DNA of 35,280 bases from an uncultured cyanobacterium (GCA_963766075.1 CAVYAN010000106.1:1-35280), one strand, 5' to 3'. Shown: positions 9,701 to 19,241, numbered from the stretch's first letter. Notes: generated by a model not told the origin, from the letters alone. Translations and numbers: made by a program.

Positions 9701-10843
9701 GTAGCGCTGAATCAGGTGCAGCATCGCCTCAGGATCGGGGGGTTTACTCATGAAATCAGACGCGCCCGCCAATTTAGCTCGGGTGCGATCAACCAACCCA
9801 TCGTGACTGGTCAGAATAATAATCGGCGTATTTTGAAACGCCTCCGTCCGGCGCAAAAATCGGCAGACGTTATAGCCGCTGGTATTCGGCATAATCAGGT
9901 CGAGGAAGATCAGGTCGGGCTGATATTTCACCAAGGTGGCAATGCCCGACAGAGAATCGTGAATATTGAGCAGGCGATAGCCCGCAGGCACCAGAATCGT
10001 TTCCAGGACTCGGCCAACGGTGGGACTGTCATCAATACAGGCAATCAGAAACTTCCGAGGACGGGGGGCCACGGGAGACACGGATCCCAGCTTGATTTCC
10101 AGATTTAAATCGGGGATGGCGTGCAGGGCGATCGCTCCTTGCTGCATCCAAGGCAGCAGAAACCGCACCAACGTGGCCACAGAACAGCGCGTATGGGCCG
10201 CCAAATCCCAAAGAGTATATTTTCTACCCGTTAAAAACTTGCCCAGGCTTTTCGGCAAAGGTAACCCTGAAGTCGGCTGTTTGGCCGCCTCCGTTAACCG
10301 GGGCGACAGGTAAGGATGAAACCGATCAAGCCCAAACTCATGCCACTGGTGGCAGAGGCGATTGGCCTGATGCAGCGCCAATTCCAGTTGCGGCAGGGAC
10401 AGCAACAAACCCAGTCCTACAGTTTCTTGCAGCGAAAATCGGGGGATGGGCTGCCACTCGCTGGTTAGCCCCGGACTATTCAGCAGAAAAAACAGCACCT
10501 CTTCCAAGCTGGATTTCAGAATCTTGCGGGCCTGGATCACACTGACCTGCCCATCCGTAACCGCTTGACTCAGAATGTGGTACTCCCAATGCTCTGCCTG
10601 GGGCAAATGCGCTAACCGAAACGTTGGACAATGTTGCTGAAACACCCGCTGCCAGCGCCGCACCCGGTGAAAGTCCCCCGAGGCATAAATGAGCCGCCCA
10701 TAAAAAAAGTAGAGCCGCCATTGCCATGACTCCCTGCCTGGAATCGGACTCTCGCGAAAAATCAACTCGCCGGTACCTCGACTGTGACTGACGGAAAGCA
10801 GCGTTGAAGTAATCGTCTCCTGGGCAATGGATACGGCGGTCAT
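9662..10843 (-). CDS. PatA-family response regulator (PATAN domain plus C-terminal REC)
   Basis: WRLYFFYGRLIYA...HRVRRWQR; C-terminal IACIDDS...FLDLIMP...DRTRAKLAGASDFMSKP. Confidence 0.9.
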   Translation of the reverse strand: MTAVSIAQETITSTLLSVSHSRGTGELIFRESPIPGRESWQWRLYFFYGRLIYASGDFHRVRRWQRVFQQHCPTFRLAHLPQAEHWEYHILSQAVTDGQVSVIQARKILKSSLEEVLFFLLNSPGLTSEWQPIPRFSLQETVGLGLLLSLPQLELALHQANRLCHQWHEFGLDRFHPYLSPRLTEAAKQPTSGLPLPKSLGKFLTGRKYTLWDLAAHTRCSVATLVRFLLPWMQQGAIALHAIPDLNLEIKLGSVSPVAPRPRKFLIACIDDSPTVGRVLETILVPAGYRLLNIHDSLSGIATLVKYQPDLIFLDLIMPNTSGYNVCRFLRRTEAFQNTPIIILTSHDGLVDRTRAKLAGASDFMSKPPDPEAMLHLIQRYLVPAIAPVLERS

Positions 10844-10932
10844 GGGTTAAAGGCTCTGGCAGCAAGGAGAGTCCGGGAGGGTGATGGGTTTAGTATTCCC
10901 ATCACCCGGTGCCAAACTTTCGGCAATCCCGA

Positions 10933-10954
10933 GGTTCTTAAAAGGTTCTTAAAA
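10933..10954. promoter_or_regulatory. Perfect 11-bp direct repeat, candidate regulator site between divergent PatA-type gene and moxR
   Basis: GGTTCTTAAAA x2. Confidence 0.4.
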
Positions 10955-11128
10955 ACACCTGGGGATGAGCATCGCGGACTGGACCAGCACCAGGCCCCTC
11001 TCGCACTGTCCGAAATTCAAAAAATCGGGCACACTGGATCATGTCTGCCTGCTGACCGCCGGCCTGATTCTTCTGCCACCTGGCCTCACTATTCTTCGCT
11101 TCACTACCCTTACTTTGGTGTCACGACT

Positions 11129-12037
11129 ATGAGAGATCGCGTCCAACGGCTCACAGAAAACTTAGGTCAGGTGATTGTTGGCAAAGCGGATGCCATTCAG
11201 TTGGTGATGGTGGCATTGCTAGCGGGCGGGCATACATTATTGGAAGATGTGCCAGGGGTCGGGAAAACGCTGTTGGCCAAGTCCTTAGCGCGATCGATTG
11301 ACGGCAAGTTTATGCGGGTTCAATGCACACCAGACCTAATGCCCACAGACGTCACCGGAACCAACATTTGGAATCCCCGTAGCGGCGAGTTTGAATTTAT
11401 GCCCGGTCCCGTATTTGCCAATGTACTGCTAGCCGATGAAGTCAACCGGGCTACTCCTCGCACCCAATCCGCCCTGCTGGAGGTGATGGAAGAGCATCAA
11501 GTGACTGTGGATGGCATTTCCCGCAAAGTACCGGACCCGTTCTTCGTGATTGCGACGCAAAACCCGGTGGAGTATCAGGGGACTTTTCCCTTACCAGAGG
11601 CGCAAATGGATCGGTTCATGCTGTCCCTATCCTTAGGCTATCCGACTGAATCTGAGGAGTTGCAAATGCTGCAACGATTACAGGGCCAGGTGCGAAACGC
11701 GGAGTTGCAGCCCTGTATTACCCTGGACGAAATTCGGGAACTGCAACGCCTGACAGCTACGGTCACGATCGCCCCACCCTTGCAGCAATACATTTTGCAT
11801 CTAGTACGCGCCACCCGCGAAGACGAAGAGGTCACCCTGGGAGTAAGTCCACGGGGAGCGGTAGCGTTGTTCCGGGCCGCGCAGGCGATCGCCTTTCTCG
11901 ACGATCGCACCTACGCCATTCCCGATGATGTCAAATACCTAGCACCCCATGTGTTAGCCCATCGCATCATTCCCACCGGTGGGCGGCGATCGCGGGCGAT
12001 CGTCGAGCGCCTCTTGCATTCTGTAGCCATTCCTTAA
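11129..12037 (+). CDS. moxR: MoxR-family AAA+ ATPase
   Basis: Walker A EDVPGVGKT, QCTPDLMPTD, LADEVNRATPRTQSALLEVMEE, TQNP, LPEAQMDRF. Confidence 0.95.
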   Translation: MRDRVQRLTENLGQVIVGKADAIQLVMVALLAGGHTLLEDVPGVGKTLLAKSLARSIDGKFMRVQCTPDLMPTDVTGTNIWNPRSGEFEFMPGPVFANVLLADEVNRATPRTQSALLEVMEEHQVTVDGISRKVPDPFFVIATQNPVEYQGTFPLPEAQMDRFMLSLSLGYPTESEELQMLQRLQGQVRNAELQPCITLDEIRELQRLTATVTIAPPLQQYILHLVRATREDEEVTLGVSPRGAVALFRAAQAIAFLDDRTYAIPDDVKYLAPHVLAHRIIPTGGRRSRAIVERLLHSVAIP

Positions 12038-12058
12038 AAGCCGTATGAGCAGAGCAGG

Positions 12059-12123
12059 GTGCCGAACCATCAACAGTGCCGAACCATCAATCCATAGAAG
12101 TGCCGAATCATCAATCCATAGAA
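12059..12123. repeat. Intergenic tandem repeat (24-nt unit x2 plus a partial copy)
   Basis: GTGCCGAACCATCAA(ca) GTGCCGAACCATCAATCCATAGAA GTGCCGAATCATCAATCCATAGAA. Confidence 0.85.
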
Positions 12124-12232
12124 ATACAGTAGAGTCACCCATCTACCTTTTAATTCAGTCTGGCAGCACGGATAAATTGTCAAAGGGCTCCTCTGCCCTT
12201 ATTCTAGGTGAGTCTTAGAATTTCCATAATTC

Positions 12233-13876
12233 ATGACTGTTCCTAGCCTAGCCCTATGGCAAAAACGATTTGCATCCTGGCAGCCCGCCCCAGAGGTGCG
12301 GCAGTTGGTAAAGTTAGCCGCCGTCTTTTTGGGGTTGATGCTGGTTTTTTCCCTGCATCGGCATTTTACGTTTTATACATCCTACGACCACGGCTTATTT
12401 AATCAACTGTTTTGGAATTCGCTGCACGGTCGGTTTTTCCAAAGCTCTCTCACCGCCGCCAACTCCGTAGGTGTGATCGAAGACGGCAAAATTCCCACCG
12501 TCGCCTTCATCCACCTTGGCCAGCATTTTGTCATCGACTTTTTGCTGTGGCTGCCTTTCTACGCCTTATTTCCGAACCCAGCCACTTTAGTGGTGCTGCA
12601 AGTTGGCTTGGCTGCTGCTGGGGGAGTGGTGCTGTATTACCTGGCACGGCACTATCTATCGGCACAGCTTTCGCTTTGGATTACGGCTGGCTACTACAGC
12701 GCCAGTGCCGTGATTGGTCCAACCTTTGCCAACTTCTATGAACAGTCGCAGATTCCTTTACTGGGGTTCAGCACCCTACTGGCGCTGGAAAAGCGTCGCT
12801 GGGGCCGGTTTTGGCTGTTGGCGCTGCTAACCTTGGGCATTCGAGAAGATGCGGGTTTTATTACCTTTAGCCTTGGACTCTATTTAGTGTTGAGTCGTCG
12901 CTATCCGCGGGTAGGAATACTCCTGTGCGGGCTGAGTTTCGCCTATGTGGCGACTGTAACAAATAGGGTGATGCCACTGTTTTCCGACGACAATGGCCGC
13001 CTGTATTTAGCCGATCGCTTTCGCCAGTTTGTCCAAGGCGATACCGATCCCTCTACGTTGCATGTGTTGGTGGGAATTCTCACCCATCCGGTGGAACTCC
13101 TGTCCAGCATATTTCTGCCGTTGGATGTACGGTTGTTTTATCTGTTTCGGCAAGGGTTACCCCTAGCCTTTATTTGCTTTCTATCACCTGCAACTTGGGC
13201 ATTGACGGCGGCCCCATTATTTTCTCTGTTGATTCAGGCGGGTATGCCCGCGCTGTCGATTTCCATGCGTTATTCCCTGGCAGTAGTGCCGGGATTATTT
13301 TATGGAGCGGTGCTATGGTGGTCGGTCCATGGTCAGCGAATGACACTAGGCTGGCGACGATTTTGGCGGCGATGCTTGGTATTGTCAGTCCTGATGGCGG
13401 TGTTGTCTAATCCACATCAGGCGTTTTATTTTTTGGTACCCGAGTCCTATGTTCCTTGGGTACGGATTTCCCTGGTCAGTCAGTGGCAGCATGCGGCAGC
13501 GATTCGGAGAGTGCTGCGGCAAATTCCAGATCAAGCGAGCGTTTCGGCTACGACATTTTTGATTACGCCGCTTTCCACTCGCCGGGAGGTCGTGCGAATT
13601 CCAGCGCTGACGGTACAGGACGATCGCGGACAGTTAAAGGAGATGGAATTCTTAGCGGCAGATTTGTGGCGGTTTCAGCAATATCAGCCGGCATTTAAGA
13701 GCGATCGCCAAGACTTGCAATTTCACATTCAATTCTTGCAGCAACAGTTAGCCCAGGGCCATTACGGCCTCGTGGACATCCAGGATGGCGTGGTGCTGTT
13801 AGCGAAGGGCAGGGCTAACGATCCCAACACATTGGAACACTGGAAACAGTTTCTAGAGCATGCGACCCCAGGATAA
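12233..13876 (+). CDS. DUF2079-like multi-pass membrane protein (probable GT-C fold)
   Basis: SYDHGLFNQLFWN, HLGQHF, REDAG, many hydrophobic segments, C-terminal IPDQASVSAT. Confidence 0.8.
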   Translation: MTVPSLALWQKRFASWQPAPEVRQLVKLAAVFLGLMLVFSLHRHFTFYTSYDHGLFNQLFWNSLHGRFFQSSLTAANSVGVIEDGKIPTVAFIHLGQHFVIDFLLWLPFYALFPNPATLVVLQVGLAAAGGVVLYYLARHYLSAQLSLWITAGYYSASAVIGPTFANFYEQSQIPLLGFSTLLALEKRRWGRFWLLALLTLGIREDAGFITFSLGLYLVLSRRYPRVGILLCGLSFAYVATVTNRVMPLFSDDNGRLYLADRFRQFVQGDTDPSTLHVLVGILTHPVELLSSIFLPLDVRLFYLFRQGLPLAFICFLSPATWALTAAPLFSLLIQAGMPALSISMRYSLAVVPGLFYGAVLWWSVHGQRMTLGWRRFWRRCLVLSVLMAVLSNPHQAFYFLVPESYVPWVRISLVSQWQHAAAIRRVLRQIPDQASVSATTFLITPLSTRREVVRIPALTVQDDRGQLKEMEFLAADLWRFQQYQPAFKSDRQDLQFHIQFLQQQLAQGHYGLVDIQDGVVLLAKGRANDPNTLEHWKQFLEHATPG

Positions 13877-13929
13877 TCAGACGACCTCAGAAAAAGTCAA
13901 ACCCTGGAAAGAATCGTTCTTGATGCACG

Positions 13930-13963
13930 TCTTTCCGAGTTCTTGACATTGATACGGTAAATT
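13930..13963 (+). promoter_or_regulatory. Tandem box plus -10, promoter of the candidate sRNA
   Basis: TCTTTCCGAGT-TCTTGACA-9 bp-TAAATT; near-identical copy at 14247. Confidence 0.6.
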
Positions 13964-13969
13964 TTGATA

Positions 13970-14048
13970 GATGATCAAGGCAGAATCGCAAACATGCCTT
14001 GCTCCTCACACCTTATGATTGAATCCCGGCCTTAAACCGGGATTTTTT
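13970..14048 (+). ncRNA. Yfr1-like small RNA
   Basis: 5' hairpin CAAGGCA/TGCCTTG, single-stranded CTCCTCACAC (10 of 11 nt of Yfr1 motif ACUCCUCACAC), then an intrinsic terminator. Confidence 0.7.
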
Positions 14049-14050
14049 AT
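14022..14050 (+). terminator. Rho-independent terminator
   Basis: AATCCCGG-CCTTAAA-CCGGGATT followed by TTTTAT. Confidence 0.8.
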
Positions 14051-14246
14051 TTCTCCGTCAGTTAAGGTCAGGCTTAAAACTGGAGCCGTATACTCACCAT
14101 TTGTTCCCACTCCAACGGCTTGCCCTTGCCACCAGGGAGTCTGCGCCCTTAGATAAATTTCACTCTTGGATAAATAAGGTTGTCAGCATAGTCCTCATAA
14201 ACGATCTGCTCCCTTGGTTGGGGGGTGTAGATCCATTCAAAGAGCA

Positions 14247-14280
14247 TCTTTCCGAGTTCTTAACATTTGCTGTGTAAGCT
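14247..14280 (+). promoter_or_regulatory. Tandem box plus -10 upstream of the PAP2 gene
   Basis: TCTTTCCGAGT-TCTTAACA-9 bp-TAAGCT. Confidence 0.6.
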
Positions 14281-14301
14281 ACGCAGATAATGCACTGAAC
14301 T

Positions 14302-15012
14302 ATGTTCCGCTTCATGAAATCGTTTCTAAGCCACCGATTTTCTATCCTTTCGTCTCGGTGTCCTACCCAGGTAACCCTGCAAGGGGGGCTAGGGCTGACT
14401 CTCTGTTTACTAGCACTCACGGCTTTAGGCTGGCTCTGTCAAGAAGTCTGGGAAAAAGAGACATTTCGGTTTGATACCGCGATCCTGTTAGGTTTGCACC
14501 AGTGGGCTAATCCCTTTTTAGATGGGCTGATGCTGGGTCTGACTCGGTTAGCAAATCCGGAGTTCGTAGTCGTCATTGTAGTAGTCGGATTGGGATGGCT
14601 CCTGTGGCAACGACAGAGACAAGAGGCTGGGATGCTGGCGATCGCTTGCCTGGGCGCCCTGTTGCTCAACCAAGGCATGAAACTAGCGTTTGCCCGTCCC
14701 CGCCCGTCCCTGTGGCATCCCCTGATTCATGAAACGTCCTATAGCTTTCCCAGTGGTCATGCCTTGGGAGCCTCCGTACTCTATAGTTTTCTAGCGTACT
14801 TATGGGCCCAGCGCTATCCCAAAAACTCCCGCTTGATCTATAGCCTTGCCGGAATTGTCATTGCACTGATCGGCCTGAGTCGTCTCTATCTAGGCGTACA
14901 TTACCCTACCGACATCATCGCTGGATACATCGTGGGACTGAGCTGGCTCAGTATTTGTATCGGCATACTCAAGCACAACGTGCATAACGCAAAATTGGAC
15001 CCAAAAGCATGA
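14302..15012 (+). CDS. PAP2-family membrane phosphatase
   Basis: K-x6-RP (KLAFARPRP), SFPSGHA, SRLYLGVHYPTDI. Confidence 0.93.
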   Translation: MFRFMKSFLSHRFSILSSRCPTQVTLQGGLGLTLCLLALTALGWLCQEVWEKETFRFDTAILLGLHQWANPFLDGLMLGLTRLANPEFVVVIVVVGLGWLLWQRQRQEAGMLAIACLGALLLNQGMKLAFARPRPSLWHPLIHETSYSFPSGHALGASVLYSFLAYLWAQRYPKNSRLIYSLAGIVIALIGLSRLYLGVHYPTDIIAGYIVGLSWLSICIGILKHNVHNAKLDPKA

Positions 15013-15276
15013 GGCTTATGGCAGCATGGCAATGGTCCTGACCTGCATCATCGATGAGAGATTCCCCAAAAAGTAGTAGTGGGGTAGTGTAGATGGGAGT
15101 GGTGGAGTGATGAAATGCGTCAATATTCGTTATTTTGGCAAACGTGCCGGAGGAATCAGCAGGCGTTTGCCCTACGCTTGTTCAAATCCTCGCCTCAATC
15201 GCAGTGGCCGAAATTGGGGATTCAGCCTAGAAGAAAGGAGGCTCAGCCTAGAGACAAGGAGGCTCAGTCTGGCGTG

Positions 15277-16092
15277 ATGCATCTAGTGCAGGCTAGAGCC
15301 GAGAATCGAGAACAGGCTAGGAACCGCACCCTCAGCAGCTATCACACCTCGACCCTATTGCCACGTTGCGAACTCTGTGTGGTGGTGCCGGTTTACAATG
15401 AAGCGGCGGGCATTGTAAACACCTTGAACGCCCTGATTGATTTTGCCCAAACGCATCCGACCTACCGCTTTATTCTGGTGGATGATGGCTCAACGGATGG
15501 AACCTCGGCAATCCTCTGCGATCGCCTAGCCCAGTTTTCAGTTCCCGCTATCCAATTAGTGACCTATTCCCAAAATCGCGGCAAGGGCTATGCGATACAC
15601 CAGGGCATTCAATATTCAGAGAGTGACTATGTTTGTTTCTTAGACAGTGATTTAGCGTACTCTCTAGATCATCTTGAAGTGCTGCTGGATCATCTAAAAG
15701 TCTATGATGTCGTGATTGGCTGTCGAAGTCTAGGACACAGTCACTATCAGCGTATTCGGTTTTTGCGCAGGTTGTCAGGGAAGATATTTAACCTATTGTC
15801 TCAGTGGATTCTCAATCTAAAGTTCCGCGATATGCAGGCGGGGCTAAAGGGATTCCGTCGTGATGCCGCCCAGTCTATTTTTGCACGGCAAACCCTGACT
15901 GGATTTTCCTTCGATGTGGAGTTGATCTATTTAGCCGAGAAATATGGGTACCGAATTGGCGAAATTCCCGCCCAAGTCTCCAGCCACCATGCCAATAAGC
16001 AATCAAAAGTGAATTTGCTTAAAGACTCGCTGCGGATGTTGGGAGATTTACTCATCATTCGCTACCGGGATTGGATGGGCCATTATGACTAG
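15277..16092 (+). CDS. GT2 glycosyltransferase, polyprenol-phosphate sugar synthase type
   Basis: VVPVYNE, VDDGSTDGT, NRGKG, FLDSDL, DMQAGLKGF, FDVEL. ORF open from 15115, but AAGGAGG at 15256 favours a start at 15274 or 15277. Confidence 0.9.
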   Translation: MHLVQARAENREQARNRTLSSYHTSTLLPRCELCVVVPVYNEAAGIVNTLNALIDFAQTHPTYRFILVDDGSTDGTSAILCDRLAQFSVPAIQLVTYSQNRGKGYAIHQGIQYSESDYVCFLDSDLAYSLDHLEVLLDHLKVYDVVIGCRSLGHSHYQRIRFLRRLSGKIFNLLSQWILNLKFRDMQAGLKGFRRDAAQSIFARQTLTGFSFDVELIYLAEKYGYRIGEIPAQVSSHHANKQSKVNLLKDSLRMLGDLLIIRYRDWMGHYD

Positions 16093-16873
16093 ACCGTGCG
16101 TCCTACTCAGCTTTGATGTAGAAGAGTTTGACATCCCCGGCGAATACGGTCGGGACTTGGATTCCGCAACGCAGTTTCGCGTTTCCTGGGACGGTTTAAA
16201 CGCAGTGCTCCGGCTTTTGGCACGACTGCAAGTGCGGGCTACATTTTTCGTTACGGCTAATTTTGCATTGCAATATCCAGATCTGATTCGGGCCATGGCC
16301 CAAACCCACGAAATTGCTTCCCATGGGTTTTATCACGGGTCTTTTCAACGGACGGATCTGGCTGAGTCGAAGCGGGCGATCGAGGGGATTGCCCGGGTGC
16401 CCGTGCTGGGCTTTCGCATGGCACGACTGCAACCCGTAGAGGACCGGGACATCAGCGCGGCTGGGTACAGCTACAATTCTTCCTTGAATCCAACTTGGAT
16501 CCCAGGCCGCTACAATCACCTCACGAAACCCCGCCGGTTCTATGACGCGCATCACGTCCTGAATATTCCAGTATCCGTAACGCCGCTGGTGCGATTTCCG
16601 TTGTTTTGGTTGAGTTTTAAGAATTTGCCCCTGTGGTTGTATCAGATGGCCTGTTGGTGGACGTTGCACTGCGATCGCTACCTAGTGCTGTATTTCCATC
16701 CCTGGGAATTCACTGCGATTCGGGAGTTTGGCTTGCCTCACTACATTCGTCGCCATGCCGGAGCCCCCATGCTGCGCCGCCTGGAACGGTTTATTACCGC
16801 GCTGAAGCCCCGGACTGTTTTTATCACCTATACAGAGTTTTTGGAAGGGGTATCTCGTGACACCGAAACATAA
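16085..16873 (+). CDS. Polysaccharide deacetylase (CE4, DUF3473 type)
   Basis: SFDVEEF, ATFFVT, HEIASHG, YFHPWEF; overlaps GT2 stop. Confidence 0.9.
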   Translation: MTRPCVLLSFDVEEFDIPGEYGRDLDSATQFRVSWDGLNAVLRLLARLQVRATFFVTANFALQYPDLIRAMAQTHEIASHGFYHGSFQRTDLAESKRAIEGIARVPVLGFRMARLQPVEDRDISAAGYSYNSSLNPTWIPGRYNHLTKPRRFYDAHHVLNIPVSVTPLVRFPLFWLSFKNLPLWLYQMACWWTLHCDRYLVLYFHPWEFTAIREFGLPHYIRRHAGAPMLRRLERFITALKPRTVFITYTEFLEGVSRDTET

Positions 16874-18161
16874 CCCCATTAAACATAACCCCACCGTACT
16901 TAATACCATCTGGAACTGGCTCCAGCCCTATGGATTTGTAATCAAGATGTGGGGGCTGAGTCGGATCGTAATGGCGATCGCCATGGTGCTGATTGCCCCG
17001 GCACTCTATGATGGGCACAACGATCCAAACCTAGTGTTTGGCTGGGCTGGATTTCTCCGCCACGATGGGGAGTGGTATCAGAAAATCGCCACCGTAGGGT
17101 ATGACTACGCCCCCGACGGCAAAATGCATCCTGTGCCCTTTTTTCCCTTATTTCCACTGCTGTGCCGGGGCTTGATGGCCCTGGGCTTCTCGTTTCCGGC
17201 GGCGGGCGTGGGGCTTAACAGCGTGGCGTTTCTGGGTGCATTGATGGTGATTTATCACTGGATGGCTGATCGCTATAACCGCACCACGGCACGTTGGGTT
17301 GTCGCCGGCTTGGTTTGGAGCCCGATGGGGCTCTACAGCATGGTCACCTATACAGAAGGGCCATTTCTGCTGTTCAGCACGCTGTCTCTGCGAAGCTTTG
17401 ACCAAAAGCGGCACGTGCACGCTGGCCTATGGGGGGCGTTGGCCACGGCCACCCGGCTAGCAGGCATAATGCTGGTACCCACCTTTGTGATAGTCGCGTT
17501 GTGGCAGCGGCGATCGACAGCAGCCTATGTGGCAGCGCTGATGGCCAGCGGTGGCTTTCTTCTGTATGTGGGCTTTTGTACGGTCCAATTTGGCGAACCG
17601 TTAGCGTTTTTGAAGGTGCAGGCGGCGTTTGGACAGCGCTCGGAGGCGGGGTTTAGTGTGATCAATTGGGGCAAAACCTTCGTTTATGCGGCGTTGGGTC
17701 GGGTCAACTGGGAAACGTGGACCCTGAAAAATCCGCTGCACCCCCTCCTGGTCAGCATTTTTGGGGTAATTGCCTATGGTCTGTACCGATGGCGATCGCG
17801 GATTGCGGCACCGATCGCCACCGGCATCGGCGCTGGTTTATTCCTCCTTTGGTGGATTCTCTGGGGCGATGGGCTCATCAAAACCTTCATGGTGATCGGC
17901 AGTGCAGGGCTGTTGGGGCGCTACTGGCGGCAACTACCGCCGGTACTGGCTGGATATGGCGTCTTCTCCTTGGGCCTGGTACTGTTTTCTGGCAGCCTCA
18001 TTTCTACAGATCGTTACGCATTTGGGATTACCACGGTGGCAACGGTGACGGGACTCTTTCTGTCCCGCCATCCCCGCTTAGGACAATCTATAATCATGGC
18101 GGCAGGCGTAATCCTAGTGATTTTATCAGTGAAGTTTGCTCAAAATGATTGGGTGTCTTAA
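16857..18161 (+). CDS. GT-C membrane glycosyltransferase (PIG-V/mannosyltransferase-like)
   Basis: RHDGEWYQKIA, FFPLFP, YTEGPFL, ATATR, many transmembrane segments. Confidence 0.85.
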   Translation: MTPKHNPIKHNPTVLNTIWNWLQPYGFVIKMWGLSRIVMAIAMVLIAPALYDGHNDPNLVFGWAGFLRHDGEWYQKIATVGYDYAPDGKMHPVPFFPLFPLLCRGLMALGFSFPAAGVGLNSVAFLGALMVIYHWMADRYNRTTARWVVAGLVWSPMGLYSMVTYTEGPFLLFSTLSLRSFDQKRHVHAGLWGALATATRLAGIMLVPTFVIVALWQRRSTAAYVAALMASGGFLLYVGFCTVQFGEPLAFLKVQAAFGQRSEAGFSVINWGKTFVYAALGRVNWETWTLKNPLHPLLVSIFGVIAYGLYRWRSRIAAPIATGIGAGLFLLWWILWGDGLIKTFMVIGSAGLLGRYWRQLPPVLAGYGVFSLGLVLFSGSLISTDRYAFGITTVATVTGLFLSRHPRLGQSIIMAAGVILVILSVKFAQNDWVS

Positions 18162-18329
18162 GGTCAGTAATTTTTTGATTTTGCATTTTTAATCTAACGT
18201 CGTACCGCTTTGCTCGAGATTTTTATCCTTTTGTATTTATGTTCAGACCTTGAGCCAAAATAACAGCCGATGCCTGCCCCGTCATCTGACGCCACTCCCC
18301 TTTGAGCATAGATTCTGCCCCTTCTTCCT

Positions 18330-19241
18330 ATGAAATTTCAGCGGTTTTTCCTTGGCACCCTGGGTGCAATGCTAGTGGTCATGGCACCCAATTATGGGTA
18401 TGCGGCAGGGGTTTCCCCACTGGATCCACCCCAGATCGAGCAAGATCCTATTCACCTGACCTTTGAGGTCAAAACCTTTGAGAGTCCAGCAATGGGGACT
18501 CAGCGCCGTTATGGACTAGTATTACCGCCGGGGTATAACCAAAATCCCCAACAGCGCTATCCGGTGGTGGTGCTGTTGCATGGTGGCCATGGGAACGAAC
18601 GCGACTATCAAGACAAAGCAGATTTAACCTCGGTGTTGCATGATTTGTATCGTAATCGCACATTACCTCCAGCGATCGTCATCACGCCCGACGGCAACGA
18701 CAAACGGGGCACTAGCCCGTTTCGGGATCCGCAATACTACGACGGCAAACACGGCAAAGTAGCCACCCTGATTGGTTCAGATTTGGTTCAAGAGATCAAG
18801 TCACACTATCGAACACTGGATGGTCCCCAATTTTGGGCGATCGGCGGGCTATCGTCTGGGGGGTGGGGCGCTTTAAATATTGGCCTCCGTTATACCGATC
18901 AATTTTCTCTGTTCTTTAGCCATAGTGGCTATTTCATCGATCCCAACGACGATGCCAACAGTCCCCTCCATTTGGTGGCCCAACTACCACGCCAAACCCA
19001 AGCGCGGCTGCGGATTTACCTCGATGCCGGAGCTCACGATAAGCACTTCTTGCGCTCTACCCGTGAATTCCATCAAGTTCTCAATCAGTTAAAGATTGCC
19101 AATCAATTTAACGAGTTTGCCGGAGGGCATGGCGTTACGGGGCCTGACTCAGGCTGGCATTATTGGCATAAACACCTCACGGATTCCCTCAGCTATGTGG
19201 GTGCTCAGTTTGGTCATCCAGTGAAGGAAGCTGGCAAATAA
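18330..19241 (+). CDS. Secreted esterase (alpha/beta hydrolase)
   Basis: Signal peptide, LPPGY, YPVVVLLHG, nucleophile elbow GLSSGG, C-terminal GGH. Confidence 0.88.
   Translation: MKFQRFFLGTLGAMLVVMAPNYGYAAGVSPLDPPQIEQDPIHLTFEVKTFESPAMGTQRRYGLVLPPGYNQNPQQRYPVVVLLHGGHGNERDYQDKADLTSVLHDLYRNRTLPPAIVITPDGNDKRGTSPFRDPQYYDGKHGKVATLIGSDLVQEIKSHYRTLDGPQFWAIGGLSSGGWGALNIGLRYTDQFSLFFSHSGYFIDPNDDANSPLHLVAQLPRQTQARLRIYLDAGAHDKHFLRSTREFHQVLNQLKIANQFNEFAGGHGVTGPDSGWHYWHKHLTDSLSYVGAQFGHPVKEAGK

Noticed and set aside
12059..12123. Possible CRISPR array
   Set aside because: Units abut with no unique spacers, and there are no cas genes
13943..13948. TTGACA as the -35 of the sRNA promoter
   Set aside because: No TAnnnT lies 16-18 bp downstream; better explained as the second half-site of the tandem box
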